A program made the position numbers and the translations under genes. A DNA stretch of 64,000 nucleotides, from the IMG/VR virus record IMGVR_UViG_3300033148_004740, positions 1-64,000 of that record; one strand, given 5' to 3'. Position 1 is the first letter of the stretch, and the number at the start of each line of letters is the position of its first letter. Below are positions 28,001-37,200 of this stretch, in pieces. Source of the stretch: a virus. The notes below the pieces were generated by a model. The model did not search any database. It was not told the DNA's origin and saw nothing but the letters and a program-made list of their open reading frames with translations.

Positions 28001-31000
28001 CTTCAGGAACCAATCAAGGTCTTGCAGTGAGCTTTTCACATCACCACGGAACAAATGAATCGCTATATTCTCAACTGTACTGTTTTCAGCTTGTGCCTGA
28101 TAACAGATGTTTCTCCCGTCGGTGGCATTGGTTGCATAAGACGCAACAGCTGTCGCATTGGAAGTATCTGTAGGAGCTGATGCTGTTGCTGCAAAATAAC
28201 CACCAATGCAGGAATCAGAACCACTAGTTCTTGAGATTCCCATAACTGCTGCACCCGTAAGGGTCTCAACACCGATTCCATAGGCGGCCGTGGCAGTTAC
28301 ACCAAGGTTGGCTTGCGAAACTATCATCCGAGCATTCGGGAAATCGGCACTCGCAGCAGTGTCGCCAATTCTTACCTGCTCAGCATCGTCTGTTGTGTCG
28401 AGAACGAGTAGTCCTCTGTGGTCGGTCGAGTTAAAGGACAATCCAGAAGCCGTGTTGTCTGCAAGGTCCCAATCCATCGCAGCCGACGCAGTGTAGATGT
28501 CGCCCCCATAAGAGTAGATGGCATAATTGCTTGCGCCATTTGCCGCCCATGTGACTAATGCCCTGTTGTCTCCGCCGGCATGAGTCTGAATTGAGAGACC
28601 GACCAGTCCCTGCGCTGCTCCAGTATCACCAGTCGCAGATACTCCACTTTCGCCGATAATACCGGACGCCGCACGAGCACCGTCAGTTTCGGCAATACCG
28701 ATGATGGCTGTTCCATCTCTGGCGGATGAGGCTGACGCAACAGCCTCAATAGCAAGCCCGATATTATCAGGATGGGTCTCCCCTGTGTCAGCCTGACTGA
28801 CGATCATCCGAGCATTCGGAAAATCAGCAGAGTCAGCCGTATCTCCAAGGCGTATTTGTTCTAGATCATCGGTAGTATCAAGAACTAGAAGTCCTCTATG
28901 ATCGGTCGAATTGAAGGAGAGACCACTAGCTACATCGTCGGCTAGATCCCAGTCAACAGAGAAGTCAGACCTCACGTCACCTATTGCAATCTCAATAGCA
29001 TAGTTTTCGGTCCCCCCAGACGCCCCTGCCGAAAGGCCCGTGTTTTTACCTGCGTGGTCAGTCTGTGCTGTTGCTGTTACACCAGTAGCCGAACCTGTGT
29101 CTTCTGCATTCTGTGCAGATCCAGTAAACCAACCGCCAACAGAAAAGTTTGAGTCAGTATCCAGTGACGCATTGCTGTAGACACCGATAGCAATCGTGTC
29201 CATAGCAAGACTTTCAACAACAAGACCAATAGGTCCAAACGTAAACGTATCTCCGATATCGGCTTGGGAAATAATTGTGCGGGCCAGTGGGAAATCCGTA
29301 CTCGTAGCAGTGTCACCAACCCTAACCATTTCCGCATCGTTGGTTGTGTCGAGTACAAGGAGCCCGAGGTGATCGGTGGTGTTGAAGCTGAGACCAGAAG
29401 CCGTGTTGTCGGCTAGGTCCCAGTTAGTTGTATTCAGCGTCCGGATATCGCCATTGTTGATTTCAATAGCGATGTTTGCAACGGAACTTTGGAAAGCGTT
29501 TGTACGCAGCGCAATGTTCTCACCGCCCGTATGTGGTGACAAAGAATTCGCCTGCATCCCATAGGCAGTCCCCGCGTCAGCAGAGGTAATCGCTTTCGCC
29601 TGACCAGTGACGCCGATCGCAGAGAACGCTCCATCGGTGCCAGCCCTACCAACAATCCCAATACCGAGAGCTACGCCATCTTCAGCAACAGCCTCAGCAG
29701 TCAAGGCAGTGTGGTTTGGGTTGGTTAATGTCGAGTCGGCCTGACTCACGATCATGCGAGCCAGTGGAAAGTCAGTCGGGTCTGCGTTCGCGCCGATCAA
29801 CCATTGGTTGTCGATGCGAGAGTCTACGTCCCCGGCAAGAAACTGAAGCGCCCAGTTATTCGCTCCGTTGTCAGCGTACACCTGAAAAGCAATATTATCA
29901 CCGCCAGCGTGTGTCTCGGCTGATATGGCAGCCACACCAATAGCATCACCTGTGTCGGCTGTGTTAGTAACTCCTGCATAACCGTAAAGACCATAGGCCC
30001 AGCCAGCAGCGTTTGCCTTGGCAACACCCTGTAGACCAATGCTCCCATCCCCACCGGTGGCGTTTGCCTCACCTATAAGACCGATAGTGGAGTTTACGTC
30101 GATGATACCAGTATCAGCCTGGCTCACGATCATCCGAGCATTCGGGAAGTCAGCAGAGTCAGCCGTGTCACCAATTCGAACTTGTTCAGCATCATTAGTG
30201 GTGTCGAGTACCAGTAGACCACGATGGTCTGTAGTATTGAAGCTCAATCCACTAGCTACGTTGTCTTTTAGAGTCCAATCGGTGGCTGACAGCGTATTAA
30301 TATCACCAGCAAACAGAAGAAGAGCTGTATTTGATGCGCCCCCAGATGCTTGTCCCGCAAGGCCTATATTGCTTCCGCCAGGATGAGTACTAATAGACCT
30401 ACCGATGAGTCCATAGGCTGCCCGACCGTCCGCAGGGTCACTAACTTCACACTCGCCAAACATACCGTATCCGGTGGAGGTATCATTTGACTGGCCTACG
30501 CCACGAATTCCAATACCAGCCCCTGTTGACGATATACTCTCGCCAACAATGGCGATGTTAGTAGTAGCGGTGGCCCCAGTATCCCCTCGACTCACGATCA
30601 TTTGTGTATTCGGAAAATCTGCGCTGTCTGCTGTTTCGCCCACTCGTATCTGTTCCAACCCATCGGTCGTATCTAGGACTAGGAGTCCTTCATGACCTGG
30701 ACAGTTAAAAGAAAGGCCTGAGGCTTCGTCATCAACTAGGTCCCAGTTTGTGGCAGCATAGCCAGTGTAAATGTCCCCAGCCCAGATTGCCAGACCGTAA
30801 CTAGGAGAACCGTTGGCCGCATATGCACTTAACGCTACGTTCCAGCCGCCAGCATGAGTACCAAAAGCTTCTCCATATACCCCCAGGGCAGTTTGTGAGT
30901 CACTAGTATCAGTTACAATACCTCGACCTATCACACCAGTAGCTGACGCAGTTCCTGCAGTCTTCCCAACACCTATAATGGCTGTAGCAGCATAATTACC

Positions 31001-32260
31001 TGGGGACCCCACGGCCTCACCAAAAATCGCACATCTCTCAGCGTTTACATAGCCAGTATCTGATTCACTTACTATAAATCTTGTAACTTGAGTATGGTCT
31101 GTCGGGTCAGCATCGGCACCAATCAACCATTGGCTATCTACACGAGATGAGACATCGCCACCAAAATTGTACCAAGCATAATTGCCTTCACGAGCGTTGG
31201 ACGCAGAGGTAGCAATACCAATATTAGTACCAGAACTTGTGGTGTTTGAGTTGAAAAAGCCACCATAGAAAAAGGCAATGTCCTCCGTATCATTTGGAAC
31301 AGCCGTACCCTGTACCCCAAGTCCGGAGAACCATTGGTTACCCCTGCCTATGCCAGTAAGACCGACTCCCTGGCCCCCGATTTCAAACGCCTCAGCAACA
31401 AGACCGATCGCTCCAATGAATCCTTTGCCCGTATCAGCCTGACTAACAATCGCTTGTGCCCCAGGGAAATCAGCCTGACTAGCAGTCCCTCCAACAAGCT
31501 GAACTCCACTAACAAGGAGGTTCCCAGTGACGGGACGAGAACCATCTAGAAGGAAGTATGCACTGAGATCAACTCCTGAAACAGAAATGGTATCTGCATA
31601 GCCTTTTGTAGCCAAGTGAAGATCTGCAGTTGGGGTGACGCCTGTCACTGCCGCAGTAAATGCTCGAGTCCCATCTGCTAGCATATACTGGGCATGATCG
31701 TCATCATCTAGGCCAGATAAGGCCCCATGATCACTAGAGAATCCCGCTATCTCTTCATCAACATACAGCTTTGTAGCTAGATGAGCATCTGCTGAAGGGG
31801 TTACCCCTAGTACTGCTGCACCAAACGCACGAGAGCCATCAGCCAGCATGTATTGAGGATGGTCATCATCTGAAAGACCTTCTAGTTCACCATGGCTACT
31901 CCCAGACACAGTAACAAAGGTTGTAGAAATGTAGCCATCACTATCAGTACGGATAGGGAGGTTGGCGCCGGCTGCTCCTGCTATTCTCTCTGTAAGGAAG
32001 GAAGATCTGACGAAGTAGCGGTCATTGAGCTCTGTGTGGGCAGAACTGTTCGACATATGGATAGAGAGCTCTGGGCCGATGTTGATGTCCTCGAGCTCGT
32101 TGATCTGTCTAGTGAGAGTAGAGAGTTGAGGGGAGATCACGGCGAGCAGAGCCTTGAGTTGTCTCTGGCTCGCTCCGTTGTTAACGGCCGTCTGGACAGA
32201 GTTCAGCGTAGCTTCAAGAGCTTCAATTCTGTTCAGTAGTTGATCGTTAGTAAGAGCCAA
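25037..32260 (-). CDS. Giant modular fibre/adhesin-like virion protein A (2407 aa)
   Basis: N-terminal coiled coil, tandem HGxLxGLxDDDHxQY units, about 11-12 Gly/Ala/Ser/Thr-rich modules joined by conserved connectors, C-terminal LPTxDPAVAGQLW motif typical of phage fibres. GGAGGGAG RBS, TTG start. Confidence 0.75.
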   Translation of the reverse strand: MALTNDQLLNRIEALEATLNSVQTAVNNGASQRQLKALLAVISPQLSTLTRQINELEDINIGPELSIHMSNSSAHTELNDRYFVRSSFLTERIAGAAGANLPIRTDSDGYISTTFVTVSGSSHGELEGLSDDDHPQYMLADGSRAFGAAVLGVTPSADAHLATKLYVDEEIAGFSSDHGALSGLDDDDHAQYMLADGTRAFTAAVTGVTPTADLHLATKGYADTISVSGVDLSAYFLLDGSRPVTGNLLVSGVQLVGGTASQADFPGAQAIVSQADTGKGFIGAIGLVAEAFEIGGQGVGLTGIGRGNQWFSGLGVQGTAVPNDTEDIAFFYGGFFNSNTTSSGTNIGIATSASNAREGNYAWYNFGGDVSSRVDSQWLIGADADPTDHTQVTRFIVSESDTGYVNAERCAIFGEAVGSPGNYAATAIIGVGKTAGTASATGVIGRGIVTDTSDSQTALGVYGEAFGTHAGGWNVALSAYAANGSPSYGLAIWAGDIYTGYAATNWDLVDDEASGLSFNCPGHEGLLVLDTTDGLEQIRVGETADSADFPNTQMIVSRGDTGATATTNIAIVGESISSTGAGIGIRGVGQSNDTSTGYGMFGECEVSDPADGRAAYGLIGRSISTHPGGSNIGLAGQASGGASNTALLLFAGDINTLSATDWTLKDNVASGLSFNTTDHRGLLVLDTTNDAEQVRIGDTADSADFPNARMIVSQADTGIIDVNSTIGLIGEANATGGDGSIGLQGVAKANAAGWAYGLYGYAGVTNTADTGDAIGVAAISAETHAGGDNIAFQVYADNGANNWALQFLAGDVDSRIDNQWLIGANADPTDFPLARMIVSQADSTLTNPNHTALTAEAVAEDGVALGIGIVGRAGTDGAFSAIGVTGQAKAITSADAGTAYGMQANSLSPHTGGENIALRTNAFQSSVANIAIEINNGDIRTLNTTNWDLADNTASGLSFNTTDHLGLLVLDTTNDAEMVRVGDTATSTDFPLARTIISQADIGDTFTFGPIGLVVESLAMDTIAIGVYSNASLDTDSNFSVGGWFTGSAQNAEDTGSATGVTATAQTDHAGKNTGLSAGASGGTENYAIEIAIGDVRSDFSVDWDLADDVASGLSFNSTDHRGLLVLDTTDDLEQIRLGDTADSADFPNARMIVSQADTGETHPDNIGLAIEAVASASSARDGTAIIGIAETDGARAASGIIGESGVSATGDTGAAQGLVGLSIQTHAGGDNRALVTWAANGASNYAIYSYGGDIYTASAAMDWDLADNTASGLSFNSTDHRGLLVLDTTDDAEQVRIGDTAASADFPNARMIVSQANLGVTATAAYGIGVETLTGAAVMGISRTSGSDSCIGGYFAATASAPTDTSNATAVASYATNATDGRNICYQAQAENSTVENIAIHLFRGDVKSSLQDLDWFLKDNEEAALEFKAGLDGPVLFALDTTDDAEMVRIGETASGVDYPNARMIVSQGDSGFADLGFQSQGIVGEANEAVDLRSGIGVLGVGSTRSGATIDYGAYGVYGAGRVENSADASSSFGLLGSAQAVHAGGDNIGLGVTATGGANNYAIKIFAGDVHAKTDNQWLIGANAASADFPLARAIISQADAGTPPPTQAYNIGIAAEAVASDGVASGIAIAGWAKTDGANGAYAIRGDAAPTATGDTGTAIGVAGISSHAHIGGENIGLVGQAAGSSINNYALKLPTGDIKSGNTNAIDWDLADNQAAALSFDTTDHLGLLVLDTTNDAEQVRVGATASGLDYPYARAIFSQDDAHLATIMDGWNAGLVGEAKASDSNTRLGAGLLGVCETDVGRNGYGVVGYGMAEDPSAGVAAGGYFAAAAARTTGTNVGVVAWAASAPTNYAIRIVGGDIDSTLAGGIDWDLKDNEAEALSFDSTDNPGLLKLSTVNGAESVTVSGIFNVGRNYFGIFPIINLGDYSYLTTSVQSCTLGIYDTDFAAGFVLRGTSSTEISMLAADGIGLAEVTAGSLTISGLEVDQITTKELAYEVSGIDAGYGALYAKTDGALYYKAHDGVETNLTGGGGGDFESDGSVAMTDAIELENGTLIDDSADGFFRIMNAAGQGIRFDVDTTNGICWMTQEDGTALTMAMTNAFVGTFLIEGGGMNSSGGTDNIPISVANEGGTNQGGWMTLHTGNQTNVGDFDSGALTLYTGTTNILGDSGQINIYTGAAGGTAGSLILGTDGTDALTIDASQNITVSGVISFAGGTAIGPYTVGDPVGTDGNLLIVDSAGTNGCIFDNSTYNGVTYFRAEDGNARVFDVALLNAATLYISDGRIGTQGIGGIKVQGEDVEYDNTTGTMDFGSAANTHAGNYDTGPTNVYTGASTGGASGDLNLYTGVGTPGDINFATSGVSSVHMQITGDGAIMLPTIPTSDPAVAGQLWSNGGVLTVSSG
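26530..31500 (-). repeat. Intragenic connector repeats in fibre A
   Basis: 8 long copies of WxLxDxxASGLSFxxxDHxGLLVLDTTxxxEQVRIGxTAxSADFPxAxMIVSQ, plus 3 short WLIGAxA..DFP variants. Confidence 0.92.
28362..28438. repeat. 77-nt exact repeat, copy 1 (fibre A); copy 2 at 35096-35172
   Basis: Base-by-base identity: tcgccaattcttacctgctcagcatcgtctgttgtgtcgagaacgagtagtcctctgtggtcggtcgagttaaagga. Confidence 0.95.
31598..31897 (-). repeat. Tandem 55-aa duplication (HGxLxGLxDDDHxQYMLADGxRAFxAAVxGVTPxADxHLATK)
   Basis: Residues 122-166 and 177-221 of fibre A. Confidence 0.9.
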
Positions 32261-32271
32261 CTCTCCCTCCG

Positions 32272-35200
32272 TTAGTTAAAGTGTAATACTACCTTTGCTA
32301 GTACGTTTGTTCCTGAACCTACTGACTCTGCACAGTGCCCTATTTCCTGCCAGTGTGATGGATCAGCTCCAGGAGGAGAAGTTGTTGTGGCATCAGCCCG
32401 GCCTGGAGTAGTAGAACCTGTTCTTACCCAGTATCCCCTAGTCGCCGCAGTACTATTCTCTATCAGGACCTCTGCAATACCATTTACTATTACCCATACC
32501 TCTGCCCCATCTGCAATGCCATCTTCATAGATAACACCAACAGGATCATCACAATCTATGCTGGTCACATCTACAGCATTATCTACTGAAGCAGACATTT
32601 CTACAACCGTCCCCTTTACAGAGCTAGCTCCAGTCTTATTAGTTAGACGGACAGCAATACCTCCCTCAGGAGTTAGTTGTACTTTAGGTGCCTTCAGATA
32701 ACCTGTTGTCTCGATACCTTCTGCGTCATTAGTAGTATCAATAGAGAGGATGCCTTCTTTATCAGTAGAATCAAAGGAGAGGCCAGAAGCTTCATTGTCT
32801 GCAAGGTCCCAATCCATCGCAGCAAAGTTGAAGAAGTCACCAGCGTAGTTGTAGAATGCGTAATTACCCTCAGAGCTTCCAGTAGCATACGCCAACAAAC
32901 CTATGTTCTCTCCTGTCGCCCTTACCTCAGAACTTATACCAGCAACTCCGATAAGCCACCCTGTTCCCGTAGAACCAACAGCCTCTCCGTACACACCGTA
33001 ACCCTGAGAACCAGCCCCTGAGACCTTAGCGATGCCGGATACGCCTCGTGCATCTCTCGTACCAGTGTCAGTTTCAGCCTCCGCCACAAGACCAACATAC
33101 GAAACTGCGAAATCCATCCCTGTGTCATCGCGACTCACAATCATCCGAGCATTTGGAAAATCAGCAGAATCCGCAGTATTACCAATACGCACTTGCTCAG
33201 CGTCGTCAGTCGTATCGAGAACCAAAAGTCCTCTATGGTCGGTCGAGTTGAAGGACAATCCACTGGCAGTATTATCAGCTAAGAGCCAGTCGGCGGCGGC
33301 ATTAGTACAAATATCACCACCATTAATCCATAGAGCATAGTTTTCGTCACCATTAGTCGCCCAAAGATAAGAGGCAATATTTCGGCCACCAATATGGCCA
33401 TTAGTCGCATGTGCACGGATACCTATAGCATCTCCAGTATCGCCTGTTACTGGTACGCGCCCCATCCCAAAAACGACATTGGCCTGGGTTGAACCATCAA
33501 CAGAGCTAACCCCAAATACTGCAGTTCCCCCTGAGTTCTCTGACGCAACAGAAAAGTTACCGTCAAATATTCCGCCAGTGTGGGCTTTAGAAACAAGCAT
33601 CCGAGCATTGGGGAAGTCAGCAGAGTCGGCCGTATCTCCAATGCGTATTTGCTCTGCGTCAGTTGTTGTATCAAGGACCAGAAGACCTTCGTGGTCAGCC
33701 GAGTTAAAGGAAAGGCCACTAGCTACATTATCGGCTAGTATCCAGTCATGAGCCGCGACGGAAAGAAAATCTCCACCTAGATTATAGAAAGCATAGTCAG
33801 CACTGCCATTAGATGCATTAGCAAGTATGGCGATATTTAGGCCAGCAGAATGTGAATCCAACGACTGTGCGCTGATACCAATCGCAGCACCTGTTACGCT
33901 CGGGGCCGACACCTTGGCAATGCTGTTGATACCTGTCGCCTGGGTCGCGGTCGTCGCCCTGGCAATAAATAACCCGCCGAGTGCGGCCGCCGACGCATCA
34001 GCTTCCGCCTCACCTACGATGCCGGCATAACCGGAGGATGAGCCACCAGTGTCAGCCTGACTTACAATTAGCTGAGCCCCAGGAAAATCAGCGTTGTCTG
34101 CGGTGTTGCCTACTCGAACCTGCTCTACTCCGCTTGTTGTGTCTAGAACAAGAAGGTTTGGATAAACATCAATATCTGTACCAAAATCACGACTATTAAA
34201 TGTTAGTGATTCTGATTGGCCATAGCGTATAGCAAAGATTTTTGAGCCGGCGTGCTCGTATGCCCCTATGTCACCTCGGGCCAAAAATATAGAATAGTTA
34301 GCTATAGAGCTATTGTCTGCAAAAAAGTACCCCCCTATATTTCGACCACCAGCATGATCCTCTACAGCATAACAGCCAATGCCATGTGCCCAACCAGAAC
34401 TATCAGTGTCGGATACGCCTCCAATAAACCAACCTCCGTAAGCAGAATTATTTCCAGCAACGGAACCATGGCCCCCAACGCCGCACCCGTATAAAAACTC
34501 AGTATCGTCAGATTTTGCCTCTCCTACAATTCCAAAACGTGCATATTCATTGGGGTCAGCACCTGGGCCAGAATGGCTAAAGATAGCCCTTGCATAGGGA
34601 AAATCAGCTGACCTTGCCGTATTCCCGACTCTCATCTGCTCCAACCCATCTGTAGTGTCCAATACCAGCAATCCTCGATGATCTGGAGAATTAAAGGAAA
34701 GTCCACTAGCTACATTGTCGGCTAGTATCCAGTCCATCGCAGAGAAGTTATAGAAATCACCACCATCAATCTGTAAAGCATAGTTCTCCGATGCGCCACT
34801 AGCAAAAGCATATAGAGCCACATTGCGACCAACATGAGATCCCATAGCAAGACCCTGCAAGCCAATGGCAAATCTATTTGAGGTAGTATTCTCACCAGCC
34901 CATCCCCATCCTGATATCCCAATTCCATCGCAGTCGTCGGACAAAACACCTATAGACATTAGCCCTACACCAGATCGGACATCATCTGCTACAGCCTCTG
35001 TGACTAAACCAAGATTAGAGAAAGTATAGAAAAAGCCAGTATCCTCTTTACTCAAGATACATTGAGCATATGGAAAATCTGCAGAGTCAGCTGTCTCGCC
35101 AATTCTTACCTGCTCAGCATCGTCTGTTGTGTCGAGAACGAGTAGTCCTCTGTGGTCGGTCGAGTTAAAGGAAAGGCCGGAGGCAGTATCATCTGCTAGG

Positions 35201-36531
35201 TTCCAATCAAGACCAGTATATTCTGAATAAATGTCTCCCCCGGTGATAAATATTGCTGCATTGAACGTTTCAGAGCCTGCAGCATATACCTCAAGAGCTA
35301 CATTGGGTCCACTAATATGAGGTTGATATGAATAAAATGTTGCACCTATGGCGCCGCCAACATCAGTAGTATCTGAGACTGTACCTTCAGCGTATATCCC
35401 ATATCCAGAATACTCTCCGAGCGATCTTGAAACAGCAACAAGACCCGCAGCATAGTTGCTCCCGATGACAGGAGCCTCAGTATATATCCCAACATTTTGG
35501 TCAAACGGATCTACATATCCTGTCTCAGAATGACTTACAATCATTCTGGCACCAGGAAAATCTGCAGAGTCAGCAGTATCACCAATGCGAACTTGTTCTA
35601 GATCGTCTGTCGTGTCGAGGACTAGTAGACCTCTGTGGTCGGTCGAGTTAAAGGACAATCCAGAAGCAGTGTCGTCAGCGAGAACCCAATTTTGAGCAGC
35701 GACACTCCATATGTCTCCAAACATAGCAAGGGCATAGTTGGATGTTCCGTTCATAGCCTGACCAATTAGACCAACATTCATTGCATTACGAGGCTGAAGC
35801 GCATAACCTCCTACACCTAAACCCCAACCTAAATCCTCTGCGCCAGAAGATAATGCCAAACCGGTTATTCCAACAGAATTTTTGCTACCAAAACTTTTTG
35901 CGACACCGACTGTCCCTATAGCGCCAAGAGACTCATTGGCCACAGCTTCTGATACCAAACCTATAATGCCAGTCTCCGCAGTATAACCCGTATCACCTTG
36001 GCTAATAACAACTTGAGTATACGGAGAATCTACACTGCTAGCAGCAGATCCCACAAGAACCTTACCCTCAACATCTAGTCCACTAGCAACATTAACCTGA
36101 GCAGCAATAGCTAGGGGGTCATCTGCCTTGAGATAGTAACGAGAGTCTAGTTCGTCGTGTGCAAAGGCGTCATCCTTGTGAGCCTGAAGAGCTCCACCTG
36201 AGCCAGTGAGCTCAAGCTGAGTGATCTCTTCGCTAAGAGAGTTGATCTGTGGCTGAAGGACAGCAAGAAGAGCCTTGAGTTGGCGCTGAGAAGCATTGTT
36301 ATTCAGCGCGAGCTGTACTTCGTTGACGGTGGTCTCGAGATCTGTAATCCTCTGAGTAGAGGGAGCTGGACCAACACCATCTTCTTGAATCTGTGTAAGC
36401 TGAGTAGAGAGAATAGAGAGAGCGGCTTTGAGCTCTCGCTTGCTTGCAGAATTGTTGATTGCCGTCTGAAGAGTATTCAGGGTAGTTTCGATGTCTTCGA
36501 TACGTCTGATTTCGGGATCTGTGAGTGCCAT
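32272..36531 (-). CDS. Giant modular fibre-like virion protein B (1419 aa), paralog of A
   Basis: Duplicated N-terminal NNxASxRxLKAxL coiled coil shared with A; 7 connector repeats; distinct C-terminal domain (LTNKTG...GVIYEDGIADGAEVWVIVNGIAEV...VVLHFN). Confidence 0.75.
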   Translation of the reverse strand: MALTDPEIRRIEDIETTLNTLQTAINNSASKRELKAALSILSTQLTQIQEDGVGPAPSTQRITDLETTVNEVQLALNNNASQRQLKALLAVLQPQINSLSEEITQLELTGSGGALQAHKDDAFAHDELDSRYYLKADDPLAIAAQVNVASGLDVEGKVLVGSAASSVDSPYTQVVISQGDTGYTAETGIIGLVSEAVANESLGAIGTVGVAKSFGSKNSVGITGLALSSGAEDLGWGLGVGGYALQPRNAMNVGLIGQAMNGTSNYALAMFGDIWSVAAQNWVLADDTASGLSFNSTDHRGLLVLDTTDDLEQVRIGDTADSADFPGARMIVSHSETGYVDPFDQNVGIYTEAPVIGSNYAAGLVAVSRSLGEYSGYGIYAEGTVSDTTDVGGAIGATFYSYQPHISGPNVALEVYAAGSETFNAAIFITGGDIYSEYTGLDWNLADDTASGLSFNSTDHRGLLVLDTTDDAEQVRIGETADSADFPYAQCILSKEDTGFFYTFSNLGLVTEAVADDVRSGVGLMSIGVLSDDCDGIGISGWGWAGENTTSNRFAIGLQGLAMGSHVGRNVALYAFASGASENYALQIDGGDFYNFSAMDWILADNVASGLSFNSPDHRGLLVLDTTDGLEQMRVGNTARSADFPYARAIFSHSGPGADPNEYARFGIVGEAKSDDTEFLYGCGVGGHGSVAGNNSAYGGWFIGGVSDTDSSGWAHGIGCYAVEDHAGGRNIGGYFFADNSSIANYSIFLARGDIGAYEHAGSKIFAIRYGQSESLTFNSRDFGTDIDVYPNLLVLDTTSGVEQVRVGNTADNADFPGAQLIVSQADTGGSSSGYAGIVGEAEADASAAALGGLFIARATTATQATGINSIAKVSAPSVTGAAIGISAQSLDSHSAGLNIAILANASNGSADYAFYNLGGDFLSVAAHDWILADNVASGLSFNSADHEGLLVLDTTTDAEQIRIGDTADSADFPNARMLVSKAHTGGIFDGNFSVASENSGGTAVFGVSSVDGSTQANVVFGMGRVPVTGDTGDAIGIRAHATNGHIGGRNIASYLWATNGDENYALWINGGDICTNAAADWLLADNTASGLSFNSTDHRGLLVLDTTDDAEQVRIGNTADSADFPNARMIVSRDDTGMDFAVSYVGLVAEAETDTGTRDARGVSGIAKVSGAGSQGYGVYGEAVGSTGTGWLIGVAGISSEVRATGENIGLLAYATGSSEGNYAFYNYAGDFFNFAAMDWDLADNEASGLSFDSTDKEGILSIDTTNDAEGIETTGYLKAPKVQLTPEGGIAVRLTNKTGASSVKGTVVEMSASVDNAVDVTSIDCDDPVGVIYEDGIADGAEVWVIVNGIAEVLIENSTAATRGYWVRTGSTTPGRADATTTSPPGADPSHWQEIGHCAESVGSGTNVLAKVVLHFN
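32710..35691 (-). repeat. Intragenic connector repeats in fibre B
   Basis: 7 copies of the same WxLAD..ASGLSFN..DH.GLLVLDTT connector, spaced roughly 150-170 aa apart. Confidence 0.92.
35096..35172. repeat. 77-nt exact repeat, copy 2 (fibre B)
   Basis: Identical to 28362-28438. Confidence 0.95.
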
Positions 36532-36831
36532 TTATGGAACTCCTGGTGTGTAACCGGTCTCCGCTGGGCCGGGACCCTTTTGGGTAGAGTCTTCCTCTCT
36601 GTCCTCCTTTCTCCTATCCTGAACTATCTTTATAGCAGGACGGGTATAGGCCATGTGGGTTCCGATGTTTCCACCACAGTAGACTGCATAGGTAGCAGTT
36701 AGGCCACCTAAAAAAGTAGCGAAGTAGGGACCAACATGTGGAAGAACCATGACAGCAATAAATCCAGCAATGGCTGCCATAATCAGGTACAGTCCCATCT
36801 TGAATTTACGACCATTGCGTGACTCTGCCAT
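36532..36831 (-). CDS. Holin-like small membrane protein
   Basis: Basic N-terminus, two TM segments (LYLIMAAIAGFIAVMVL; YFATFLGGLTATYAVY), charged tail. Confidence 0.5.
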   Translation of the reverse strand: MAESRNGRKFKMGLYLIMAAIAGFIAVMVLPHVGPYFATFLGGLTATYAVYCGGNIGTHMAYTRPAIKIVQDRRKEDREEDSTQKGPGPAETGYTPGVP

Positions 36832-37145
36832 TAGCGACGCCTCCCTCGATTTTCCAGAACTGTTTTCACGTCCTTCTTGATCTCTGTGACATCTTCTTTG
36901 ATACCCTTGATAAGCTCATCGTCACGAGCCTGGCTAACAGTAAGCTTAGAGACTGTCTCCTCTAGCTTAGAGACTCGGTTCTCGAGGTAACTTGTGCCAG
37001 CGGTCATCATGCCCCACTGAACAGCAAGCCCAGCTATGATAATGAGAACGGTAGTAAGTGGACCAACATACCACTTCTCAGATCTTTTTCCATTCTTTTC
37101 AAGGCGTTCTAGTCGTAGATCGGTAGAGGTAGGGTTTTCAGACAT
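36831..37145 (-). CDS. Single-TM coiled-coil protein (holin/antiholin/XhlA-like)
   Basis: LTTVLIIIAGLAVQWG TM helix followed by a heptad coiled coil; start refined to ATG 37145. Confidence 0.5.
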   Translation of the reverse strand: MSENPTSTDLRLERLEKNGKRSEKWYVGPLTTVLIIIAGLAVQWGMMTAGTSYLENRVSKLEETVSKLTVSQARDDELIKGIKEDVTEIKKDVKTVLENRGRRR

Positions 37146-37200
37146 GAGACCACTCCTCTGGAGAGTATAGCATGTAGAGAAGTGGGGACAATAGTGGGGA

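Noticed and set aside
26530-35691. CRISPR array (regularly spaced repeats)
   Set aside because: The repeats are in-frame, degenerate coding connectors spaced 450-500 nt apart.
28362-35691. N-glycosylation sequons (FNST/FNTT) in the fibre connectors as dedicated glycosites
   Set aside because: Not invariant (NSP, NSA, NCP and DST variants occur), and no OST or HMW1C-like enzyme was recognised.
25037-36531. Diversity-generating retroelement (template/variable repeat pair) in the fibre repeats
   Set aside because: No reverse transcriptase or Avd in the window. The repeats are either exact or differ at all base types, not specifically at adenines, and they are internal rather than C-terminal.
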